IMG/VR virus record: IMGVR_UViG_3300032092_000004
Span: 1-64,000 of that record
Source: a virus
Length of the DNA: 64,000 bases
Reading direction: 5' to 3' (one strand)
The notes beneath the pieces are model-generated. The model worked only from the letters and a program-made list of their open reading frames with translations. It was not told the origin of the DNA and did not search any database. This document shows, piece after piece, positions 57,354 through 64,000 of the stretch. Every line of letters begins with the position of its first letter. Positions within the stretch are counted from its first letter, which is position 1. A program made the translations under genes and the position numbers.

Positions 57354-59858
57354 ATGGCTTACATAATTAAAAATACATCTGGTTTAGTTAACACTCGTGT
57401 TACAGATACGGGTAGACAAAAAATGTCCGAAGGCAACTTTAATATTTTTTACTTTGCGGTAGGGGATAGTGAAGTTTCATATAACGAGTTACCATCTACT
57501 TACAATCAGACTAATACCGTTGTTTTAGAACCACAATTCAATGCACAAAACAGTTCAGGTGTTCCTGAATCAAATAGACAGTACATTAAATATCCATATT
57601 TAGTTGATGAAGGACAAACAAATATTTATGGTATACCTTTTATGGATTCAGGTATTGATTCTGTTTACAATAGAGCTGCTATGAGAGGGTTCTTCACAGG
57701 AAACACAACCGCTTCTACTGTAGATTGGAAAGCGTTAGTTAATAACACATATGTCATTACACCAAATTATGTGGTTAACATGTCCACTTTGAACGGAACA
57801 AACCAAATAAGTGTACAAAGAATGGACTGTAATGTTCAAAATGATAATACACCAAATGTTGGAGATTTTATAACAATATATTATGATGGAAGAGCAGAGA
57901 CCGATTGTTCTTGTAGTAATTTTCCTACACCAACTCCGACACCTTCGTTATACAGTACACCAACTCCGACACCCACACCAACAAGTACACTTTCAATACC
58001 TTGTGCTTCTCCAACACCAACACCTTCACCAACACACACACCATGTTTAACACCAACACCAAGTGCTCAATGTCCATTACCACCACCACCTGATTGTTTA
58101 AAAGATGTAGTAAGTTGTTTTTCAATTTTAACTTATAGAATTGTTGAAGTTTGTGGTAGTGTTTTAACGTTAGACAGAGATACACCTGATTTTACAAATT
58201 TATCAATTGATTGTTGGGCGAGAACATTAATTTATCCACCACAAATGGTTCCTTTATATGACAGTTTTACACCTGAACCACATTGGAATAAAAGTGTAAT
58301 CGACTTTGAATCAGTTTGTGATACTGATCAGTTTGATGTTAAAATATGGAATATGAATATTCCTTGGACCGAGAGTCCTGCTGGTTTGGCATCCGCTCAA
58401 TTCCAAGACTACACAAAATTTGGTTCTATTAACTACATAGGACAAAAAGAATATTTTGGATATAATTCATCTGATGGTCAAACATCTACTGATGATGTAT
58501 ATTACTACAATTCATTCGGCGAAAAAATTGTAGTAGCACCTGAAGAACAAAAGGCAATTGCAATTATCCACTATACTAATCAAACTATCGATTTCTTTTA
58601 TGGTGAAAAATTTGCGTTAGAACCTTACGACACACAAAACCCTGATAACACTCAAGGTCAAGCGAGAAACTTTAAGTTACATATGCCAACAATAATGTGG
58701 CATAAAAATCCTGAATGTTGTTTTGGGCAAACTTTTTGGGTGGATCCTCCAGGATTTGACAATCAAAATTTATTCCAAGTTCAATATACAAAGTCTAAAA
58801 TTTCACAACAAATGAATCAACCTGGACTTAGATATTATAATCTTTGGGATACATTTGCACAACCAAACGGTCTACCAAGTAGGGTAGGTAAAGTTTACCC
58901 TGACTCAAAACTAATTGTTATTGATGATGAAGAATTAGTAGCTGCTCTATCATATAAATCAAATAGAAACTGGACTTTACCGGCACCACAAGTATCTTTA
59001 ATTACACCAAACACATGTGGGACTTCAAATACTACAGGTGTTTTAACAGGAGGAGGAGAGACACTTTGGGTAACTTATAGACTATCAAACACAAACGCAT
59101 TTACAAATTCATTACATAGTAATTATTACACAAGTGTTGTTGGAACTGAGAATGTCTGTTCACCTGAAACACCTAAGAATGTTGCAGTTAGATTTGGTGG
59201 AGATTTCCCTTGTTTAGTACAACCAGGTTTCTCACCAACAACTACAACGACTACATTCAATCCTGTTACCACATCAACAACTACAATTAATCCACCATAC
59301 ACAACAACTACAACAACTCAGTGTCCTGTTTGTACTGTTCCTGCTGGATTCTATGCACAACAGTTCCAAGTACTGGCTCAAAAAACATTATCGGGGGTGA
59401 GACCTGATCCGGCTCAATGGAGATTAATTGATTTTACAAGTCAAATTGAACAATACTTCATTAATGGTTATGTAACCCAAGAATCTTTAACCGCAACAAC
59501 TTTTGTTGTAACTGCGGAAAATTATGGAAGTGCACCAATATACAATCTAAACGACTATATAAGTTTGGTTCCTAATGGTGCGACAGGACAACAATTGAAT
59601 TTTGGTGATGAGTACTATTTCTACGGTAATTTAGAAACCGACATCCAAGCCACATTATATGAGATGAAATATAAAATTAACTTAAGTGATAATGAATTCT
59701 TAGTTTCTCAAAACCCAACTTGGACCCAAGGAACCCCATCTTATGTTACCGAAATTGCACTTTTAGATGAAAATAAAGATGTTTTAGTTATGTCTAAAAT
59801 GCAATCACCAATATTAAGACAAGGAATCCAACAGTACGTTATTAAATTAGATTTCTAA
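57354..59858 (+). CDS. Tail-collar/fibre-attachment-like protein with PT and poly-T linkers
   Basis: N-terminal VTDTGRQKMSEG...YFAVGDSE and C-terminal YVTEIALLDENKDVLVMSKMQSPILR resemble the two halves of the P2 gpH-type N-terminal domain. Confidence 0.6.
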   Translation: MAYIIKNTSGLVNTRVTDTGRQKMSEGNFNIFYFAVGDSEVSYNELPSTYNQTNTVVLEPQFNAQNSSGVPESNRQYIKYPYLVDEGQTNIYGIPFMDSGIDSVYNRAAMRGFFTGNTTASTVDWKALVNNTYVITPNYVVNMSTLNGTNQISVQRMDCNVQNDNTPNVGDFITIYYDGRAETDCSCSNFPTPTPTPSLYSTPTPTPTPTSTLSIPCASPTPTPSPTHTPCLTPTPSAQCPLPPPPDCLKDVVSCFSILTYRIVEVCGSVLTLDRDTPDFTNLSIDCWARTLIYPPQMVPLYDSFTPEPHWNKSVIDFESVCDTDQFDVKIWNMNIPWTESPAGLASAQFQDYTKFGSINYIGQKEYFGYNSSDGQTSTDDVYYYNSFGEKIVVAPEEQKAIAIIHYTNQTIDFFYGEKFALEPYDTQNPDNTQGQARNFKLHMPTIMWHKNPECCFGQTFWVDPPGFDNQNLFQVQYTKSKISQQMNQPGLRYYNLWDTFAQPNGLPSRVGKVYPDSKLIVIDDEELVAALSYKSNRNWTLPAPQVSLITPNTCGTSNTTGVLTGGGETLWVTYRLSNTNAFTNSLHSNYYTSVVGTENVCSPETPKNVAVRFGGDFPCLVQPGFSPTTTTTTFNPVTTSTTTINPPYTTTTTTQCPVCTVPAGFYAQQFQVLAQKTLSGVRPDPAQWRLIDFTSQIEQYFINGYVTQESLTATTFVVTAENYGSAPIYNLNDYISLVPNGATGQQLNFGDEYYFYGNLETDIQATLYEMKYKINLSDNEFLVSQNPTWTQGTPSYVTEIALLDENKDVLVMSKMQSPILRQGIQQYVIKLDF
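57924..58091 (+). repeat. Pro/Thr-rich mucin/extensin-like coding repeat
   Basis: Encodes PTPTPTPSLYSTPTPTPTPTSTLSIPCASPTPTPSPTHTPCLTPTPSAQCPLPPPP. Confidence 0.9.
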
Positions 59859-59912
59859 CAAAACTACAATTTTTATCTTCATAGTTTATAATATAAATAA
59901 AATAATAGCTTT

Positions 59913-60521
59913 ATGGCAAAAAATTTAAAAAACTCCCCCAAAGTTTTGGGTCTTGATATTTCCACAAAAACCATAGGGTGGGCATTGTTTGATATCAAAA
60001 CACAAGAACTACTTGAATTAACTCATATCTCACCAAGACCAAAAATGGAGAAAGATGAGAATGATAAACTAAAAGAGTTATTATTAAAATCAGAAATATT
60101 TGCTGAAAAACTTAAACAATATAAAGATTTAGGGATTGTTAGAATTATTATAGAGGAACCACTTTTAAATTCTAATAACATTTATACCATACAAACACTA
60201 TTAAGATTTAATAGTTTTGTATTTAAAGAAATCTATAATATAATGGGAATAGTTCCTGAATTTATATCGACATATAACTCAAGAAAATTTGCCTTTCCTG
60301 AGTTAGTCCAAGAAAACGATAAAAAGAAATTTGTGTTATTTGGTGGATTACCAAAAGACGTTGATAAAAAGTTGATAATTTGGGAAAAGGTTGCAAAAAG
60401 AGAACCACAGATTACTTGGCATTATACAAAAAACAATACATTAAAGAAAGAGAATTTTGATCAAACAGATGCGTACACTTGTGTTTTAGGATTTATGAGA
60501 TCAAAAGAAATTTGGAAATAA
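59913..60521 (+). CDS. ruvC: RuvC-like Holliday junction resolvase
   Basis: VLGLDISTKTIGWA, IIIEEP, FDQTDAY catalytic acidic residues. Confidence 0.8.
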   Translation: MAKNLKNSPKVLGLDISTKTIGWALFDIKTQELLELTHISPRPKMEKDENDKLKELLLKSEIFAEKLKQYKDLGIVRIIIEEPLLNSNNIYTIQTLLRFNSFVFKEIYNIMGIVPEFISTYNSRKFAFPELVQENDKKKFVLFGGLPKDVDKKLIIWEKVAKREPQITWHYTKNNTLKKENFDQTDAYTCVLGFMRSKEIWK

Positions 60522-60545
60522 TATCGTTTATATAACCGATAATTG

Positions 60546-60578
60546 AAAATATCGTCTTTTTAGACGATATTTTTTTTT
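60546..60578. terminator. Probably bidirectional terminator between convergent genes
   Basis: AAAATATCGTCT-TTTT-AGACGATATTTT with a long T run on + and a short T run on -. Confidence 0.8.
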
Positions 60579-60579
60579 A

Positions 60580-61848
60580 TTAACAAATTACACCTGAATC
60601 TGTTGCTGTAAAGTTTGGAGAAGAAGATGTTGGAATTGTGATAGAACAAATGTAATCGGATGTGTAACCACCTAACCCACCTAAAGATATCGTTCCATCA
60701 CACTCATAGTAATTATATTTAATTTGACTAACACTATTGTTTTCAACATACCATTTTGTAAGGATACAAGGACTTGATGTTGGAGTTGGTGTTGGTGTTT
60801 GTGTTGGTGAAGGAGTTGGTGTTTGTGTTAAATTAGGAAGACAATCTAAACACGCACCATCTATTCTTGAACCAACTTCAAAAGTTAACGTAATGTCATC
60901 CACACCACTTATGTTTTCAAATAAACCTTCATAAACAACACAACAACCTTGACCATTAATAATTGCGTTATATACGTAACCTTCTTTTGGACTTGTGTTT
61001 CCTGAAACTAATATTAAATCTGAAGAGAAATAATCAAAACCAGTAAAGCAATCTTTAAATTTCTTACTATTAGCACATTGTAATATTTCATTAAATGTGT
61101 TAAATATAACTTCACCACTAAAATTACAAGGTCTTGTTATTTGTGGTGTAGGTGTTGGGGTTGGTGTCATTGTTGGTGTCGGAGAATATGATACCGTAAT
61201 CGCTGACGCACTTATAAAAGATCCACCACATATATTTGTTGATGAAGGTGTTGGAGTTGGTGTAGGTGTTTGAGTTGGTGTTGCCGATATTGAAGGGGAA
61301 GGGGTGACTAAACAATCAAAAATTGCGGTGAAATCAAATGTTGCACACGGATTAACAGTTGTGGTAGTTGTAACACAAATTCCTGTATATGCGACAGTGT
61401 CGTCAAAATCAGGACAATCTGACGTACTTCCAAATGGACCAAACTGATCACATGGGCCACCTAATGTTTGAGACAAACACCATCTTGTTTCACCTGTTGA
61501 GTAAAACATAAAATATCCTGTGGTTTGTCCCGTAAAATAAGATTGACCCAGATATCTTCCTCCTGCTAATTGGTATGTGTCATCATAATTTGTGTCATTC
61601 TCAACACAAAAAAACTGAGGACATGTACAACCTGAAATACCGGTAATAGTTCCTGAAACAACATTATATACATTAATACCATTAGAATAATAAGATGTTA
61701 ATGCTGGTGTTCCAGTACATCCTGAGTTTAAATAAACTACATAACCTATTGTTAATCCGCTACCATAAAGTGTGGTACTCAAAGAACCACCACACGAAAT
61801 ATAAGGATCCGAAGCAGAGGCAAATAAACCTAAATTACTACAAGCCAT
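60580..61848 (-). CDS. Cys-rich, PT-repeat protein; putative virion-surface protein
   Basis: Three (PT)n tracts, a TTTTT tract and many Cys; composition matches the + strand structural proteins. Confidence 0.75.
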   Translation of the reverse strand: MACSNLGLFASASDPYISCGGSLSTTLYGSGLTIGYVVYLNSGCTGTPALTSYYSNGINVYNVVSGTITGISGCTCPQFFCVENDTNYDDTYQLAGGRYLGQSYFTGQTTGYFMFYSTGETRWCLSQTLGGPCDQFGPFGSTSDCPDFDDTVAYTGICVTTTTTVNPCATFDFTAIFDCLVTPSPSISATPTQTPTPTPTPSSTNICGGSFISASAITVSYSPTPTMTPTPTPTPQITRPCNFSGEVIFNTFNEILQCANSKKFKDCFTGFDYFSSDLILVSGNTSPKEGYVYNAIINGQGCCVVYEGLFENISGVDDITLTFEVGSRIDGACLDCLPNLTQTPTPSPTQTPTPTPTSSPCILTKWYVENNSVSQIKYNYYECDGTISLGGLGGYTSDYICSITIPTSSSPNFTATDSGVIC

Positions 61849-61849
61849 A

Positions 61850-62071
61850 TTATATTATCAAATTTTTCTCAACCAAACAATTATTACTATCAACAGATTT
61901 AACACCTACTGAACCCATACCCTCCAAAACATATGGAAGATTGAAAACATATGGGATTTGACCGGATGATATTGTGGCTATGTAAATACAAGTTGTGTAA
62001 CCTGTATCACAAGTGTAAATATCAAAAGGTGAAGAACCGCTTAAACCTGTAATTGTTATTTGTGTTGGCAT
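61850..62071 (-). CDS. Small Cys-containing protein (paralog of 51218..51514)
   Basis: SPFDIYTCDTGYTTCIYIAT...FNLP...VDSNNC; TATTTAT on the - strand at 62079-62085. Confidence 0.75.
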   Translation of the reverse strand: MPTQITITGLSGSSPFDIYTCDTGYTTCIYIATISSGQIPYVFNLPYVLEGMGSVGVKSVDSNNCLVEKNLII

Positions 62072-62110
62072 ATCAACAATAAATATAAAAGAACATGAAA
62101 GTTTGTGTAG

Positions 62111-62139
62111 TTGATGTATTGAAAGTTTATTATTATATT
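62111..62139 (+). promoter_or_regulatory. Sigma70-type promoter for primase
   Basis: TTGATG, 17-nt spacer, TATATT; ATG 7 nt downstream. Confidence 0.5.
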
Positions 62140-62146
62140 ATAGGGG

Positions 62147-63046
62147 ATGGAAGAAAATGAAGCGTTAGTTGAGTTATTGGAAGAAGTTCTTGGTGATCAC
62201 GGACTTCACTATCCTAATCGTGGTCAAATTTCTTTTAATTGTCCTGTTTGTGATGATGGGAGAAATAAACATAATTTGGAAGTTAACTACATAGATAATG
62301 TTTATAAATGTTGGGCATGTGGGGATAGTGAAAATACACACGGACCTTTGGGTAGAATATTCGACAAGTATGGGAATAGAAAACAGAAAAAACTATATAA
62401 CGTCTTCAAACCCGAAACAGTTGTAAAAAGAGAAAAAAAGAAAAAAACTCTTAAACTTCCTGAAAGTTTTACCCTATTCAAAGACTCAAGTACGGTTTAT
62501 CCAGTTAGACGACAAGCAATGAATTATCTTAAAAGTCGTGGGATTACAGACGAGATGATAGAAAAGTTTGGGATTGGATTTTGTGATAAAGGGGATCATG
62601 CTGGTAGAATTGTTATTCCGTCTTACGATAAAAAGGGTGAGTTGAATTATTATATTGCAAGAAGTTGGAACCCGATGTCACGAGCTAAGTATAAAAACCC
62701 TGAGGCTGAAAAAGACAAAATTATATTTTGGGAAAATTTAATTGATTGGAAAAAAGACATTTATTTAGTTGAAGGAGCTTTTGACGGATTATTTTTAGAT
62801 AACCCAATACCAATGCTTGGAAAACATATGTCTGAACTTTTGTTTGAAACAATTTATAAAAACGCTAAGGCTAATGTAATTATTTGTTTGGATGGTGACG
62901 CTTGGCAAAACGCGGTTAAACTTTATCACGAATTAAATGGTGGTGAGTTATATCAAAAAATAAAAATACTCAAACTTCCTATGGATCAGGATGTTTGTGA
63001 TCTCAAGGGTCAGATTGATCCTTATTATGTAATAATTAAAGACTAA
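62147..63046 (+). CDS. dnaG: DNA primase (Zn finger + Toprim)
   Basis: CPVCD...CWACG, YLKSRGI, RIVIP, KYKNP, YLVEGAFD, CLDGDA, DVCD. Confidence 0.92.
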   Translation: MEENEALVELLEEVLGDHGLHYPNRGQISFNCPVCDDGRNKHNLEVNYIDNVYKCWACGDSENTHGPLGRIFDKYGNRKQKKLYNVFKPETVVKREKKKKTLKLPESFTLFKDSSTVYPVRRQAMNYLKSRGITDEMIEKFGIGFCDKGDHAGRIVIPSYDKKGELNYYIARSWNPMSRAKYKNPEAEKDKIIFWENLIDWKKDIYLVEGAFDGLFLDNPIPMLGKHMSELLFETIYKNAKANVIICLDGDAWQNAVKLYHELNGGELYQKIKILKLPMDQDVCDLKGQIDPYYVIIKD

Positions 63047-63909
63047 TGGATTTAAAAAAAATAGCGGAAGAGATTAGAGAAATCATATCCCAAAAACAAA
63101 AAGACTTTCAATTAACCTTTGAGGAAGAAAGTCACAAATACACAATGTTGGATAAAGAAGGTAACTTACGATCAGACTTCCCTTCGGTATCCAAAGTCAT
63201 GAAAATATTTTACGACGACTTCCCAACAGAACAAGCTGCATATAACAAAGCGGGGGGCGATCCTGATGAAGCCGAAAGATTAATGGAAGAGTGGGCCGAA
63301 GCCGGTAGAAAATCAACAAACTTAGGATCTCGTTGTCACTTCTTCTTAGAGGAACATACACTCAAAGAATTTGGTATTGATAAAGTAGTTCGCCAACCAT
63401 TATTTGATTGTGATGCCGAGCAGATTATTAAAAGTGATACAATGATTATGGCTGGTAAGTATTACATTGAACTACTTAAAGAGAGAGGATGTGAACTGAT
63501 TGATACTGAGATGGTTTTAGGTCATCCTGAATTAGAATACACTGGACAACCAGATAAGGTATGGTTAGTAATTGGAACAAATGGTAACATTGGTATTTTA
63601 ATAACGGATTGGAAATCAAACAAACCAAAGAACTTTGCGGTTACCCGTTATACTAAAAAAATGAAAAAACCATTTGAAGATTTACCTGATAATGCTTTAG
63701 GTCACTACAACACTCAATTACCTTTTTATGGTAAATTACTTCTAAAAATGTTAGAGGGTACTAAATATGAAAACATACAACTATTAGGGTGTATTATAGT
63801 TTTAATTACTGATGATAGAGAGTACCACGAATATCGAGTATCTAAAAAAACTATGAACACAATCTTAGATATGGATATAAAACAATATTTGACTAAACTT
63901 AAGAAATAA
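63046..63909 (+). CDS. PD-(D/E)xK exonuclease
   Basis: FEEESHKY, PSVSKV, GSRCH, E...GQPDKV...ITDWKSNK, YNTQLPFY. Confidence 0.8.
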   Translation: MDLKKIAEEIREIISQKQKDFQLTFEEESHKYTMLDKEGNLRSDFPSVSKVMKIFYDDFPTEQAAYNKAGGDPDEAERLMEEWAEAGRKSTNLGSRCHFFLEEHTLKEFGIDKVVRQPLFDCDAEQIIKSDTMIMAGKYYIELLKERGCELIDTEMVLGHPELEYTGQPDKVWLVIGTNGNIGILITDWKSNKPKNFAVTRYTKKMKKPFEDLPDNALGHYNTQLPFYGKLLLKMLEGTKYENIQLLGCIIVLITDDREYHEYRVSKKTMNTILDMDIKQYLTKLKK

Positions 63910-63917
63910 ACTATTAT
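63889..63917 (+). promoter_or_regulatory. Sigma70-type promoter
   Basis: TTGACT, 17-nt spacer, TATTAT; ATG at 63923. Confidence 0.55.
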
Positions 63918-63922
63918 TGGAT

Positions 63923-64000
63923 ATGACATTAACAATTACACCCACTTGGGTAACAACAACTAGTTGGGACCAATTATTACCTATTAAAATAAAAATAAAC
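63923..64000 (+). CDS. Possible ORF truncated by the window end (MTLTITPTWVTTTSWDQLLPIKIKIN...)
   Basis: Frame is open from the ATG just after the promoter to the end of the window. Confidence 0.35.
   Translation, partial: MTLTITPTWVTTTSWDQLLPIKIKIN

Noticed and set aside
59892-59899. T4-type TATAAATA before ruvC (equivalently an antisense TATTTATA)
   Set aside because: This is an isolated instance in a very AT-rich spacer that overlaps a TATAAT box; the similar one at 23968 is part of the TATTTATAAATA palindrome. It cannot be told from chance.
63046-63909. Cas4 as part of a CRISPR system
   Set aside because: It lacks the Cas4 Fe-S cysteine cluster, and there is no array or other cas gene; it reads as an ordinary phage PD-(D/E)xK nuclease.
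1-64000. Stop-codon reassignment as in some large phages
   Set aside because: Very long ORFs are intact in code 11, and genes end properly at TAG (26977, 35675, 54199) and TGA (23963, 55234).
1-64000. tRNA or structured ncRNA genes
   Set aside because: Intergenic gaps are short and are explained by terminators and promoters; no cloverleaf or T-loop motif was recognised.

Overview
This window is a 64-kb, AT-rich, densely coding segment of a large myovirus (jumbo-type phage), read in the standard genetic code and almost entirely on the + strand. It has two tail/baseplate blocks. The first (1-24 kb) holds the sheath, tube, chaperone, tape measure, hub and wedge genes. The second (33-60 kb) holds gp25/gp6/gp7-like wedge genes, fibres and adhesin-like proteins. 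They are interleaved with T4-like replication genes (SSB, RecA/UvsX, 5'-3' exonuclease, helicase, class Ia RNR, RuvC-like resolvase, primase, PD-(D/E)xK nuclease). SprB-type repeats, the RNR subtype and the lack of Shine-Dalgarno motifs suggest a Bacteroidota host (inference). The main candidate new system is a phage-encoded protein O-glycosylation system. A glycosyltransferase with the motif set of plant HPAT/SGT1 enzymes (GT95/GT96) lies inside the fibre cluster, and many virion proteins carry mucin/extensin-like PT and poly-T linkers plus a pervasive [ST]-[GA]-x-[TS] motif. Other highlights are a probable +1 programmed frameshift (UUU_CGG) in the chaperone gene before the tape measure, a 7-blade beta-propeller nested inside another, a TATTTAT putative late promoter (the reverse complement of the T4 late promoter), an OmpA-like domain inside a baseplate protein, and a membrane-like hairpin in a tail protein. 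All family assignments come from motifs recognised by eye; no database searches were run.
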